64,000 nucleotides of DNA from Eledone cirrhosa. Taxonomy: Eukaryota. The stretch is from positions 223,386,001 to 223,450,000 of the forward strand of contig OZ024741.1 in assembly GCA_964016885.1 (NCBI GenBank), given 5' to 3'. Under the pieces are notes generated by a model, which did no database searches, was not told the DNA's origin, and saw only the letters and a list, made by a program, of their open reading frames with translations. Positions 11,800 to 27,329 of the stretch are shown here, one piece after another; positions within the stretch are counted from its first letter, which is position 1, and the number at the start of each line of letters is the position of its first letter. The position numbers were made by a program, and so were the translations under genes.

Positions 11800-11995
11800 G
11801 AGTCGCTATTTCTTCGAATTAAGACATCACAGCTCTGATACTAGGGACATGTGGTTAGAATGTCTCAGGAAAGAATCGCTGGACAGATTTTACGAGCAAA
11901 ACCAACTGACAGAAAATCTAAGAGTAGACCTCGAGCAAGATGGTTAGATAACATCCATGAGCTCTGCTGGTCACGTTTGGGGATCCAGCCGTATA
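11800..11995 (+). mobile_element. RTE LINE 3' fragment
   Basis: Manual translation: GHVVRMSQERIAGQILRAKPTDRKSKSRPRARWLDNI. Confidence 0.7.
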
Positions 11996-12079
11996 AATCG
12001 GAGACAAGACCCCTTGAAATTTGAAAGGCGAAGTTGACAGAGGTGGGAATTAAACTCAGCACGTAACATAGGTACAAAG

Positions 12080-12255
12080 TTAGTAATTTTGGAGGAGGGG
12101 AAAGTCGATTAAATCAACCAGTACTTTACTGGTACGTTATCGACCCTCAAAAGATGAAAGGCGAAATTCACCCCGGTGGGGTTTGATCTCAGAACATAAA
12201 GGGCTGCAACAAAATTCTACAAATCATTTTGTCCAACATTCTAACGATTTCGCTG
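12080..12255 (-). mobile_element. tRNA-derived SINE (more degenerate copies at ~11500-11760)
   Basis: CTGGTAC..TTATCGACCC..AAGATGAAAGGC...TTTGATCTCAGAAC is the reverse complement of the SINE core. Confidence 0.7.
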
Positions 12256-12574
12256 AAGAGATAAAACACAAAACAACAGAGAAATATGACTGTCAAAGTA
12301 CAATAGAAACTAAATAGCGTCTCCAAACATGTTATTAATAGTACGATGAAATGAGCTAGATGGTCCTAATTTCTCTACCCAGTCATGCGAATCTTGTAAA
12401 ATTATCTGAGCTCGCAAAGTAGGTGTGCTAAATACGTCTTCTACTAAACCTCCCTATGAGAAAGTGGGTGATGTGGGGGCATAATGATTGTAATGCTCGT
12501 AACTCTTAAGACGGAGAAATCAACTCCAATGTCATCAGCTCCTCCTAGTTGATTGAGTAGAGGGCGGAAGATTC

Positions 12575-14340
12575 AGTGTGAGTGGGAGAAAGATTGAGGG
12601 AGTGAAAGAGAAATTGGATAAGTAAAGGAAAGAAAGAGAGAGGCGAAGAGACGTTGTGTGAGTAGGGAAAAGAAAGAATAAGGCGAAGATAGTGTTATTA
12701 TAGCGAGAGTTTTAAGAGGGTATGCGGGAATGAGTGAGGAAGAGACTGTTAAGGAGAGAGAGAGAGAGAGAGAGAGTTTAAGCTAATGTTTGAAAGAGGA
12801 GATACTACCACCTAACGATATTACATTATCTAAACGAATGTTACGTTCAAATTTCATCGAGGCAGATAAAAATAACTACTGGTAATATACTTGGGTTGAT
12901 TATATCGACTACAACTATTAAATCTAATGATTACTGAAGTAAGTAAAAAAACTGCGAGGAATGTTAAATGTTTAAATTAAGGTTATAGTTCATAGTTGAA
13001 CGAGATAAATAAAAGTGTGTGTGTGGAGAGAGAGAGACAGAAAGAGAAAATACCGAAGAGTGGGGTGAGTGGAGATAGCAAGAACAAAATAAAGAGAAGG
13101 ATGAAGAAAGAGAAAGAATAAACGAACAGAGGGGTGAATGAAAATTACGAGGATTAAGTATGAAGAGTAAAAGAGAAAGGAGGAAGATAAATGAAGAAAA
13201 GACTGAATTCAGAAAGCGAAAGAGAGAACCGAGTGGGCGAATGAAGGAGAGAAATAAAGGGATAATAAACGGAGAGGGAGGTGTGAATGAAATTAAAGAG
13301 GTATAGAACAAACAAAGAGCGGATGAATGAAAAGAGAGAGCATAAACGTACAGCGGGTGAATGGAGAAAGCAAGAGAGAATAAAAGTAGAGTAGATTAAT
13401 TGAAAGAGAGAGTTGAAGAGACAGAGATAGAATTACGGAGAAACTAAATGGAATGTGAGCAGAGACAGGGAAGATTTGAAAATAGAGCGGATACACTGAA
13501 AGAAGAACTGGAGAGAGAGAGAGAATATAAATTTGGAGTATATGCAGTGTGGTTACATGGAAAAAAAAAAATTTAATAAGTGTAGCCAAGAAACAAATGG
13601 AAGATAGACATTGAAAGATGAAGGTAGAAAGTAAGTTTGTGTACGTAATAATAGTTAGAGAAGGGCAGATAAAAGATAAATCAGACAAAACTGGATGGAA
13701 GCAAGGAGGGAACTGCGATCGTCTGCTAGAATTGAAGTTTAAGACAGAAATAAACATGTGGGGAGGGAGAGGATGTCAGTTTGTTTTTCAATCTTGTAAA
13801 AGCGAGAGGGAAGCAAGATAGCAGTAGGAAGAGGGGTAGGACAGACGCAAAGAGGGGGAGAGAGAGAGAGTCAGAAAGAGGATGAAATAGAAACAAATGA
13901 GAGAGAGAGGGGGGATGTGTGTGCGTGTTAGATAAGAATAATTCACTGCGATGGAGTAGCGAGAAGCAAACATAGTTGTAGATCTTCTCCCCTACCATAC
14001 ACCTGGTAAAATAATAAAAGTGAAGCAGATTGTGCAAGACGGAGAAGAAAAATAGGATGAGAGCGAGAGAGATAGGGGAGAGAAAGAGAGAGCGCGATAG
14101 AAAAAAGGTGGGAGTGAAATAACAACAAGGATAAACGAGGGTGAGGAGCGAGAGATACTAACGATTTCCTCTCAAAAGAGAGCGATAGAATAAAAGATAT
14201 AAGATGCAAGGGGAATAAAAGGACAGATGAGGGGAGAGCGGCCAAGAAAGTGTGCAGAAAAGCTAAAAGAAGCACTGAAGGGGTGGAAAGGAAAGGAATG
14301 TGAGGAGTTAATGTAGTAAAAGATCGTCTGCTAGAGAAGC
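12575..14340. repeat. Purine-rich low-complexity tract
   Basis: ~1.8 kb of A/G-skewed sequence; the ORFs in it are compositional artefacts. Confidence 0.8.
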
Positions 14341-14429
14341 AAGACGTAAACTTATGCTGTTGTTGAACATAGTACTCTATACTTAAGAGTGTAGATTAAG
14401 TTTCCATAGCTGGCGCAGTCAGTCGTTGA

Positions 14430-17100
14430 GGTGCCACTCAAGACGTTTTACTGTGCATCATGACAATTCATTGGGCTTTGAAAATGCAGTACCCATCCTC
14501 TCCAGTCTGCGTATATCCTCTGCACACAATGCCCAGGTCTCACTGCCATGCAACATTGCTGTTCGTATGCAGGCATCATACAGCCTGCCTTTCATTTTTA
14601 GGGAGAACCCTTTAGCGGCCAATAGTGGTATAAGCTCTCTGAACTTTTTCCATCCAGTTCTGACTCTAGCTACTGTACTTTCAGAGCACCCTCCCCCACT
14701 GCTGATTTTGTCACCCAGGTAACGGAAGCTGTCCACTATTTCTATAGAACCATCTGTGCAATGGAGTGAGCTAGTATTCTGTGAGCACTTGCTACTTATT
14801 GCGCCAGAGCACCGGCCACATATAAAATCTATGTTCTTAGTTAGCTTACCTGTGATCCCACTATATCTTTTATGCACCCATACTTTGCATTTGGGACATA
14901 AAATGGAGTTTCTACCTACTCCATTCCTACACACTGAGCATGGCCATTTCCCGGATGGGACCGGCGCCCTATTTTCCTTCCTACAAACTAGAACTTTAGT
15001 CTTAGACAGATTAATTTTAAGGCCTTTTGATTCTAGGCCATGCTTCCATGTTTGGAATTTTTTCTCTAGTTTGGCCATTGATTCAGCTATGAGCGTTAGA
15101 TCATCTGCGTATAGGAGTTCCCATGGGCAGCCGGTCTTGAACTCCACTGTTATAGCCTGAAGGGCAATAATAAATAGTAGGGGGCTAAGAACGGAGCCCT
15201 GATGAACACCAACTTTTATGCTAAACTCTTCACTATATTCGTTGTTAATTCTAACCTTGCTGACTGTTTCTTTATACATGGCTTGTATAGCTCTCCATTC
15301 ATCAACACCTAGTTTTCTAAGAGCCCTCCAGATAATGGAACGGAGGACTCTGTCGAAGGCTTTCTCCAAGTCGACAAAAGCTAAGTATAGGGGTTTACTT
15401 TTAACTAGGTACTTCTCCTGCAATTGTCATACAATGAAAAGAGCGTCTGTGGTACTTTTACCTGACACAAACCCGAACTGCATTTTATCTAGATCAATTC
15501 TCTCTCTGATTAGTTGCGCTATTACTTTTTCTGTGACCTTCATGACCTGGTCGATTAATTTAATGCCTCTATAGTTACTCCTATCTAGGGCATCTCCTTT
15601 ACCCCTGTAGCAGTTAATGATGATGCTGCTACGCCAGTCCTTCGGAACAACCCCATTCTGTATGACTTGGTTTACTATCCGGGTGACCATGGTGTGTCCC
15701 ACCGTTCCAGAAGCTTTCAGCATTTCAGCAACTATTTCCGAAGGCCCAGCCGCCTTACTCGTCTTCATATCTTTGATTGCCTTACTTATACTACCTTCGA
15801 CTAACACTGATGGTCCCTCTATTGGGTCGATGTGGGGGAGACTGTCTTTCCTCCATTTATTCTCCTCATTTAGTAGCCTTTCGTAGTGACACTTCCAAGC
15901 TACCTTCTTATCAGCATCAGTGATGGCAAGTACACCATCATCATTAAGGACACACTTAATGATATCACGGTTTTCCTTGACACATTGCCTAGCAATCCTG
16001 AACACCTCACGTTTTTGGTCCTCGCGTTGTAGAACATGCTTGAACTTTCTTTCCTCTGCTTCCCTTCTTGCAAAGTACACTTGTCTCCTAGCTTCCCTCC
16101 TGGCCACTTGATAGTCTTCTCTACTTCCCCCATCCCGCCATACTTTCCAAGCCTGCTTTTTGGCCTTAATTGACTCCTCCACCTTACTGTTCCACCACCA
16201 TGTTACTCTCCTCCTGCCTATAGGCCTGCTCCAGCCACAGACTTCGTCTGCCGCCATCAACAGGTTTGCTTTCAGGAATTCCCACTGTTCCTCTATATTG
16301 TACGACTCTAAATGCTCTTCCTTACTGTCGAAAGCATCAAGTAATATGCTTTTAAATTTATTTCTGGCTGTGGGGTCCTTTAGCTTCCATATTTTTCTCC
16401 CGACGATAGTCCTCTTCTGCTGTCGAGTACGTCTCGTCCTGATTATGAGGTCGCTAATTATCAGTCTATGTTGGGAGGTGCATTCTTCATGGGGGAGGGA
16501 TTTAATGTTTATAACAAGACACTCTGTCACATCTTCTGGTAAGGATATAATCTACCTGGCTGGTATGTTCCCCTGATCTGTAGGTGATCAAGTGATTGTC
16601 TCGTTTTTTGAAGTTAGTGTTACAGATAGTTAGGTTATTTGTGTCACAGAATTCCAGGATTCTGGAGCCTTCCTCATTTCTAGTACCACACCCATAGCCT
16701 CCGTGGATTCCGTCATAACCGTCACAATGTTGTCCAACGTGAAGATTTAGGTCGCCAGCAATAATTATATAGTCACTGTCGGTTATTTGGGAGGTAGTGA
16801 GCATCAGTGTCTCATAGAATCTGTCTTTTATAGCGCCAGGCAGTCCGGATTGGGGTGCGTACGCAGATATTAGTCACAGTAGTTCTATTTAGAACAGGTC
16901 TTATTTTAATTATTCTGTCATTCACTCTATTTACGTCTATTATCTTATCCACCCATTTTTCTGCTAACATGATTCCTACCCCACCCAGCCCATTGTCATT
17001 TCCCACCCAGAAAAGCTTATAGCATCGTTTTTTACCCACAATGAATCTAGCAGACCCGCCCCTCCACCTGGTCTCTTGGATACAGCAAACATCAACCTCC
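14430..17100 (-). pseudogene. RTE-clade LINE ORF (APE endonuclease + RT), degenerate
   Basis: CIQETRW, IAGDLN, QVDYIL, SQHRLI (APE); NYRGIKL, QFGF, FVDLEKAFDRV, GVHQGSVLSPLLF, LLYADDL, FRYLG (RT). It contains stops and frameshifts. Confidence 0.93.
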
Positions 17101-17111
17101 TTTATATATAT

Positions 17112-17385
17112 ATACACACAGGTATCCACAGTAAGTTGTGAGGTATATTCTGCATGAAGAACTCTATGTAATCCATATGTTGAAAATGTTGTAGGTTAAG
17201 ATAAATCTCGGAAAACAATAAAACATTAAAAGGAAAACAGAGTCATGATATAAGTTAAAACAATGAAATAAAAAATCAAGTCATTAGAGATATACTTCAC
17301 TGCTTTACGATCGTTTCTAGATGATGATAATACATTGTAGCTATACTCCGTTATTGATCTATGTAAGGTTAGTTACAAAATATCA
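17112..17385 (-). mobile_element. Penelope-like tail (partial hammerhead 3' half) truncating the RTE
   Basis: Minus strand has GAAA-CGATCG-TA (palindromic stem III); terminal ACTTACTGTGG(A/T)TACCT is shared with the 6130 element. Confidence 0.5.
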
Positions 17386-17615
17386 GATATATATATATAA
17401 CAGAAATTCGACGAGCTTTTGATTCCAGAGTCGGGGCCAAATAGATATAGATCGAGCCTTGAGCTGATCAATCGCAAAACGCGCGTCACACCTCAGTAAA
17501 CGTAATGAAAATCTAACACTTCGTCCTTTTTATTATTATGATATATATATACATACACACACACATATACATGTGTGTGTGTGCGTGTATGTGAAAAGTA
17601 AACGGAAACAAGGTA

Positions 17616-17813
17616 CGAGGGTTGGCTGAAAAGTCCATAAGCTGATCACAAAGGAGTGATGTTAGTGCTGTGAAATCGTGGATAAATTAATTTCAACTCT
17701 CCTTATTAATAACTGCATTGTTTCCTTCCAGGGATTAAGTTGAAAAATAAACCTCATTTGGTCATTCCATGAGAATATGTTGGTCAGTCTATGAACTTTT
17801 CAGCTGATCCTTG
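17616..17813. mobile_element. mariner-derived MITE
   Basis: TA|CGAGGGTTGGCTGAAAAGTCCATAAGCTGA ... TCAGTCTATGAACTTTTCAGCTGATCCTTG|TA: ~30-bp imperfect TIRs with TA TSD. Confidence 0.8.
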
Positions 17814-18199
17814 TACAATGAAGAAATATATTAGTTTAACGCTTGATATAGTAAGAAAAGAGTCTTAACGTTTTAGACACTAGTATTTCAACAGAAGATA
17901 GAATGAGAAATAGAATATGTAGAAAGACAGAGAGAGAAGAGGAAGGAATGGGTCTTGTGTGATTCTTGTTGTTTTGCCTTTTGGTGTTGGACAAATTATT
18001 GTTGTGTTTCCTGAGAAGGTGCAGCTTGGGGTGGGGTGCCTATGATGGAGTTAATTAACAGATGGTTTTCAGTTTTTCTGTTGAATAATTCTGGTTGTAT
18101 TGAAACGTTAGTGGATGTATAGGTGAACAACAATATTAATCCTTGGTCTTAAAGAATTTTGAATATACATATATATACACACACATACATATCCGCTTG

Positions 18200-18517
18200 C
18201 TTCCCTAGTGTTGGTGATTTACCCAGTAAACGTACTCAGTACACACTGTAAGGTGATAGGAAAGGCATCTAGCGATAAAAAACCCACCAAAAAAGTGTTG
18301 GGAGGACTCTTCAGCTGTGTCAAGAACATAATAACCCCCTAGTACTGGAATCATAAAATACACTCAGTAGTGTGCAGGATCATGTGAGTTGCCAGTCACT
18401 GGCCCATCTATGCACTCAGTAGGGTTGAGGAATGTAAGTTTGACCCAACCCAGTCTGCTGGCAAACCATCCAGCACTTACTAGCAAGGAAAGCAGCCATT
18501 AAACAAAGATGATGATA
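18200..18517 (+). mobile_element. SINE with RTE-type (GAT)n tail
   Basis: TAGGAAAGGCATC, GGACTCTTCAGCTGTG, ending CATTAAACAAAGATGATGAT; similar to 51650-52112. Confidence 0.6.
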
Positions 18518-18569
18518 TACATAACATACAATCAAGTGGTCACAATTAGTTCTGGAGACAGAATGATGG

Positions 18570-20460
18570 TCATAGATTGACCAACATCTGATAGCTGTAT
18601 TGGACACTTCTACAAGTTACAACCAGCTTCTAATGGCTGTATTAGATACAAATAATCAATGAATGACTGTGCTTTTAGTCACCCAATTAATGATGAGTGT
18701 AATGGGCATAGTTGACCAACAATTGGATATAGATGATCAATGACTAATAGCAATATTGGACAGATGGCTATGAACTGACATTTACATTGAACATAGACCA
18801 ATAGATGGTTGTATTGGACATAGTTGACCACCAACAGATGTCTGTATTGAGCAGATGACCACCAATAAATGGCTGTATTGGACATAGTTGACCAACAGAT
18901 GGCTGTATTGGAAGTAGTTCACCCCCAATAGATGACTGTATTGGACGTAATTGACCCCCAATAGATGGCGGTATTGGACATAGTTGACCACCAATAGATG
19001 GCTGTATTGGACATAGTTGACCACCAATAGATGGCTGTATTGGACATAGTTGACCACCAATCGATGGCTGTATTGGACATAGCTGACCACCAATAGATGG
19101 CTGTATTGGACATAGCTGACCACCAATAGATGGCTGTATTGGACATAGCTGACCACCAATAGATGGCTGTATTGGACATAGGTGACCAATAGATGGCTGT
19201 ATTGGACATAGCTGACCACCAATAGATGGCTGTATTGGACATAGTTGACCACCAATAGATGGCTGTATTGGACATAGTTGACCACCAATAGATGGCTGTA
19301 TTGGACATAGTTGACCACCAATAGATGACTGTATTGGACATAGGTGACCACCAATAGATGACTGTATTGGACATAGGTGACCACCAATAGATGACTGTAT
19401 TGGACATAGTTGACGACCAATAGATGGCTGTATTGGACATAGTTGACGACCAATAGATGGCTGTATTGGACATAGTTGACGACCAACAGATGGCTGTATT
19501 GGAAGTAGTTCACCCCCAATAGATGACTGTATTGGACGTAATTGACCCCCAATAGATGGCTGTATTGGACATAGTTGACCACCAATAGATGGCTGTATTG
19601 GACATAGTTGACCACCAATAGATGGCTGTATTGGACATAGTTGACCACCAATAGATGGCTGTATTGGACATAGTTGACCACCAATAGATGGCTGTATTGG
19701 ACATAGTTGACCACCAATAGATGGCTGTATTGGACATAGCTGACCACCAATAGATGGCTGTATTGGACATAGCTGACCACCAATAGATGGCTGTATTGGA
19801 TATAGATGACCACCAACAGACACCTATATTGGACAGATACGACCACTAACAGATAACTGCATTGAACAAAGACCACCAACAGACATGTATTGGACACAGA
19901 TGGCTGTACTGGATATAGTTGACCAACAGGTAGATGTTTTGGACATAGATGGCCATTAACAGACACCTGTATTGGACACATATGACGACAAATAGATGGC
20001 TGATTTAGACAGTAATGACCACCAATAGATAGCTGCATTGGACATAGGACACCTGTATTGAGTACATATGACCACCAATAGATGGCTATATTGCATATAG
20101 TTAACGACCAATAGACGGCTGTATTGGACACTGTATATGACCACCAATAAATGGCCATTAACAGACACCTGTATTGAGCACATTTTACCAACATAACCAT
20201 ATTGGACAAAGATAGCCACTAACAGATGGCTGCATCGGGCACAAATGACCATCAAAGATGGCTATATTGGACATAATTGACCACCAATAGATGGCTATAT
20301 TGGACATAGTTGACTACCAATAGATGACTGTAATGGGCATAGTTGACCAACAGATAGGTAGCTGTATAGGACATAGTTAACCATCAACAGATGGCTTATT
20401 GGACATAGTTGACCACCAATAGGTGGCTGTATTGGACATAGATGACCAACAGATAGTGGT
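18570..20460. repeat. 33-bp minisatellite, homogeneous core ~18820-19820 with degenerate flanks
   Basis: Unit GACCACCAATAGATGGCTGTATTGGACATAGTT. Confidence 0.95.
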
Positions 20461-20892
20461 ATTATAAAAAGAAGACTAGTTACTTCACTTCTTTGCTACT
20501 GGTGTGGTCGTAAACCCTATCACTAGTTGTGGTGGTCAGGTGATAGTAATGCTACAAGTCGAGGCAGACTTAGTAATCATAATATAAGTACTTATAGTAC
20601 TTGATGGTTTGTAGTGGTGAAGGTAGTTAGTAGTAGTAGTTGCTGTTACAGCAATCAATCACAATCATGATGGCAATAGCGCTGACAGTATTTCATTTTT
20701 GGAGTCTAGGATTCGTATACCATAAATACCAGGATTACTGGATATATGAATAATCATACAAACGGGAAATTGTTTATGTTGATTACTGACACTTAGAAGT
20801 GATTAAAGATAAAAATGATATTTTAATAATTTATTTCTAGGATATAATTACATGAATGTTCAGCATATATGTACAAATGACATACAGGTTTA

Positions 20893-21375
20893 ATCTTGGA
20901 ACCATCTGGGTTGTCCAGGAGTGATGGGATAAGACCTGACGGCCTTACCCTGTGCCCCTGGTCAAGAGGCAGGTGCCTTATCTGGGACAGCACAGTTAGT
21001 GACTCTTTTGCTTCTTCCCACATCCTGGATGCTGTGGTTAGGGCAAGAGCCACAGTTTCCACAGCCAAACGGAACAAAATCTTAAAATACCGTGATTTTC
21101 GGCCAACTATATTTTCCAGCCTGTGGTGTTTGAGACGTTTGGGGGAGTCGGGCTATTGACTGTGAGATTCCTATCTTCACTTGCGGCTCGCCTAACAGAG
21201 GTAACTGGTGAATCTCGTGAGGGCACTTGGTTGTTCCAGCCTCGCTATCACCCGAGGTAACTCTGCGAGCATGCTGGCTTGCCTCAAAATTCATTAGAGA
21301 GGTTTCCCAGTGCTCCTCTCGTAATTGCTATCTTTTGCTTTGGTAGTGGCTCGGTTGTCCACCCCTTCCTTTATA
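20893..21375 (+). mobile_element. CRE-clade LINE RLE fragment (second family)
   Basis: [43 protein letters not shown]...KILKYR; SLAITRGNSAS. Confidence 0.85.
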
Positions 21376-22322
21376 TCATATTCGTTTGTGCTTTCGTTCT
21401 GTAAGCATTGTATCCGCCGAGGTTAACTTTGCCTTTCATCCTTACAGGGTCAATAAAATAAAGTACCAGTAATGCACTGGTTAATTGCTGGCCTTGTGCC
21501 AAAAAGTAGAAACAATTATTATATTTCTATTCCTTTTTATTTATAATATTAGAATTTTTTCTTTGATTTAAATATATGAATAACTGGAGAAATAGCTATT
21601 TATAGGGGCAAATCTAGTTACAACCCAGGACCTTGTGACTGGAAAACGAACTTATTGTAGCAACATGACTGATATAGAAAATAGAATATGTATGTGTGTG
21701 TAAATTTTACAGACGGATGGATATATATTATATGTATATATATATACACACATACACAGCGTATTCTGGTTGATTAATATTAGGTAGGTAAGTTATCATA
21801 TCATCAGCAATAGTAGAAATAGCAGTAATAATACTGGATATAGTAACAGTGGTAGTCAGAAGCTGTTACTAGACGAGCCATCTTCGTGGTCACACGACCT
21901 GCTAGAAATAGCAGCCAAATTACCTTCAAATCATACCTACCATCTCAAAAAAAAAAGACAAAAGAGCACGTTAGATAATATGGTCCTGGGTTCCCTGCAT
22001 ATATAAAAACCGCGCGATGGTCACAGGTCTGCTGATTCAGGGTTTTGGTTAAACAACAACAATCTACTTGAATGTCAACACGTGTAAGCGCTTCTAACAG
22101 TTTACATGCTCCCACTGGTTTCTGTACAACACCACCGCCCTCACTTATCAAACCTCTAAACCTCTTTGAACACCATATTTGGACAGTGTGTGAATATACA
22201 AGGTGTGTATGTATGTGCGTTCTTTATAATGCATTTTATTTTGTATGTGCGTATGTATATATGTACATCTATCATTTATATAATGTGTCCGAGAAATATG
22301 ATAGCAAAAATGAACATTAAAT

Positions 22323-22439
<117 letters not shown>

Positions 22440-23089
22440 CTATAAATACATTGAAGGATAGTGTTAGATTTCATTCCACAAAATGTAAATTATTCGATGT
22501 GATAATATTTTCAATAAATTATACTGTTTCTACCATTAGTGTACAGAAACAAAAATTAACTAATAAAATTCTCTGCGGTTTATAAAGTTTTCCTAGAAAA
22601 GAAAAACATTTTTTCCCCTCTGAAATCATTACACCGGTGCGTTAAAAGGTCTTGTCAGTTTCTTAAACAAAAGTATGCATTATCTACATAGAAATTATAT
22701 ATACCAGAATGAACACAACTTTACTTAGAACTAAGGTGAAGGGTGACGAAAAAATAAAATATGAAAAATGTAAGGCGATGCTCCAACAGGGTTAAGACTG
22801 TAACCAGTAGAAAGAATAATGAAAAAAGAATATATATTAGTTATATACGCAATATAGTGTTTATATGAACGGGTTTCTTTTTAGGCTTTTTTTTATGGCA
22901 AACACAACATCGGAAAGAAAAGAAAATGATTTTGAATTGTGCATGCCTCTCTCAGGAATAGTAGACGGCCGACGGAATCGTAATATCAACGGCACTGCAT
23001 GTGTATGCAGGTAAATATGTGTTTATATGTGCGTGTGTATGTAGGTAGGTATGAGTGTGTGCGTATGTATATGTATGTATGTATGTATG

Positions 23090-23189
23090 TATATATATGT
23101 GTATATATATATATATATATATGTGTATATATATATATATATATATGTGTATATATATATATATATATATGTGTATATATATATATATA

Positions 23190-23268
<79 letters not shown>
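23090..23268. repeat. (TA)n microsatellite
   Basis: Direct inspection. Confidence 0.95.
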
Positions 23269-23271
<3 letters not shown>

Positions 23272-24768
23272 AATGTGCAGTCGTCTCACCTTGTTGCTGC
23301 ATGTAATATTCGAAATGTAAACTTTGATCACCATGATGTTTGGTTTCGGTCCCCGCACCACTCCTTGACTATTGAAGAGAAAAATATATCAACATAGACA
23401 TAAATACATATGTGGCAGGAATGTCTGTGTATATATAGCTATCAGCTATCTAAATATATGCACAGCTATATGATAATACATATCAATTTGCTGTGAAATT
23501 ACTAGAACTTTCTCTCTCTCTCTCTCTCTCTGTATGTGTGTGTGTGTGAGCGAGAGAGTGCATCCGTGTGTGTAGTGACACGCGCACATATGTGTATGTA
23601 TACATGTCAAAGTCTGTGTAAACAAAAGGTCAAATACCATGAGAGGCATGGCGAATCTTTGACATTTCAGTCGATAAAAACAACAGAAAGCAAGGTGTGG
23701 GTGGTTTGATGTGAAGTCATTTTACAACGTCAACATGCATACATCAATAGCCCCCCACAACACACACACACACACACACACAACACATTAGATGGATAAG
23801 TGTGGAGGCGGAGGGACACAGGTAGATAAACATAGGTAAACAGACAGGTACAAAAACATATATCGTGTTGCACTACTACAGAAAATTTCTAAAATCCGAG
23901 TAAAATCTTAATATTCAATTGTATTGAAAGGACTGTTTCCTCATAAATTGGTATTTGAGTAGTGTATGTATGTATGTATATATGTATATACACTACTCAA
24001 ATGAAAAAAAATGTGCACGCAATGTATGGTATATATATATATATACATACCATAGATTGCGTGTACATTTTTTTTTTCAGTTTTAGTAGAAATGTTAATA
24101 AATAGAGGATATTTATAGTACTGCGCAACTTTAGAATATGGTAAAGATGGGCATGTATGTATATACATATATATATATGAATATATATATACATATATAT
24201 ATATATGTATATATATATACATATATATATATATGTATATATATATACATATATATATATATGTATATATATATATGTATATACATATATGTATATAAAT
24301 ATACATATATATATATATATGTATATTTATATACATATATGTATATAAATATACATATATATATATGTATATACATATATATATATATATGTATATTTAT
24401 ATACATATATATATATATGTATATTTATATACATATATATATATATGTATATTTATATATATATATGTATATTTATATACATATATGTATATTTATATAC
24501 ATATATATATATATGTATATTTATATACATATATATATATATGTATATTTATATATATATATGTATATTTATATACATATATGTATATTTATATACATAT
24601 ATGTATATTTATATACATATATATATATATATATTTATATACATATATGTATATTTATATACATATATATATATATGTATATATATATACATATATATAT
24701 ATGAATATATATATACATATATATATTTGTATATATATATACATATATATATTTGTATATATATATAC

Positions 24769-24815
<47 letters not shown>

Positions 24816-26176
24816 CATATATATATATATGTATATATATATACATATATATATATATACATATATATACATATATATATATATACATATATATATATAT
24901 GTATATATATATACATATATATATATATACATATATATACATATATATATATATACATATGTATATATATATGTATATATATATAATTATATATATATAA
25001 TTATATATATATATGTATATATATATCTAATTATATATATATATATGTATATATATATCTAATTATATATATATATGTATATATATATCTAATTATATAT
25101 ATATATGTATATATATATGTATATATATATAATTATATATATATATAATTATATATATATAATTATATATATATAATTATATATATATATGTATATATAT
25201 ATAATTATATATATATATGTATATATATATAATTATATATATATAATTATATATATATAATTATATATATATAATTATATATATATATGTATATATATAT
25301 AATTATATATATATATGTATATACATATATAAATATATATATATATGTATATACATATATAAATATATGTATATATATATATGTATATACATATATATAT
25401 ATATGTATATATATATACATATGTATATACATATATATATATATGTATATATATATACATATATATGTATATATATATACATATATATGTATATATATAT
25501 ACATATATATGTATATATATATACATATATATGTATATATATATACATATATATGTATATATATATACATATATATGTATATATATACATATATATGTAT
25601 ATATATGTATGTATATATATATACATATATATATGTATATACATATATGTATATACATATATATACATATATGTATATACATATATATACATATATGTAT
25701 ATACATATATATACATATATGTATATACATATATCTATATACATATACATATATATGCATATATACATATATACATATACATACATACATATACATATAT
25801 ATACATATATATACATATACATATACATACATATACATATATATACATATACATATATATACATATATACATATACATACATATATACATATACATATAT
25901 ATACATATACATATATATACATATACATATATATACATATACACGTATATATACATATACATACATATACATATATATACATACATATACATATACATAC
26001 ATATATATATACATATACATATATCTATACATATACATATATATATACATACATATATATATACATATACATACATATATATATATATATACATATACAT
26101 ACATATATATATACATATATATACATATACATACATATATATATACAGATATATATATATATATACATATACATAC

Positions 26177-26207
<31 letters not shown>

Positions 26208-27034
26208 CATACATATATACATATACATACATAGACATATATATATACTTACATATACATATACTTACATATATATATATATATACAGATATATAGATAT
26301 ATACATATACATACATATATATATATATACAGATATATATATATATACACATACATATATAGACATATACATATTGACATATATATATATATACACATAC
26401 ATATATAGACATATACATATAGACATATATATATATATACACATACATATATAGACATATAGACATATACATATACATATAGACATATAGACATATACAT
26501 ATACATATATATACATATATATATATACATATGCATATATACACATATGCATATATACACATATACATATATATACATATGCATACATATATATACATAT
26601 ACATATATATACATATACATATATATACATATATATACATATGCATATACATATATATACATATACATATATATACATATACATATATATACATATACAT
26701 ATATATACATATATATACATATATATACATATACATATATATACATATATATACATATACATATATATACATATATATATATACATATATATACATATAT
26801 ATATATATATATACATATATATACATATATATATACATATATATACATATATATATATATACATATATAAATATATACATATATATACATATATATATAC
26901 ATATATATACATATATATATATATACATATATAAATATATACATATATATACATATATATATACATATATATATATATACATATATATACATATATATAC
27001 ATATATATACATATACATATACATATATATATAC

Positions 27035-27083
<49 letters not shown>

Positions 27084-27121
27084 CATATATATATACATAT
27101 ACATATATATATACATATACA

Positions 27122-27157
<36 letters not shown>

Positions 27158-27282
27158 CACATATATATATACATATATATATATATATACATATATATAT
27201 ACATATGTATACATACATATATATATATATATACATATATATATACATATGTATACATACATATATATATATATATAAATAC

Positions 27283-27329
<47 letters not shown>

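Noticed and set aside
12964-14275. Hydrophobic F/L/S-rich ORFs resembling membrane proteins
   Set aside because: Compositional artefact of the purine-rich tract.
17400-17542. Third Helitron 5' end (TCATAATAATAAAAAG on minus)
   Set aside because: No matching hairpin-CTRR 3' end found.
17990-18140. CCTGAGAAGG...GAAACG hammerhead-like arrangement
   Set aside because: Core is non-canonical and stem I could not be paired.
18768-20209. 351- and 475-aa repeat ORFs
   Set aside because: They follow from a 33-bp unit that is open in several frames; no domain or splice support.
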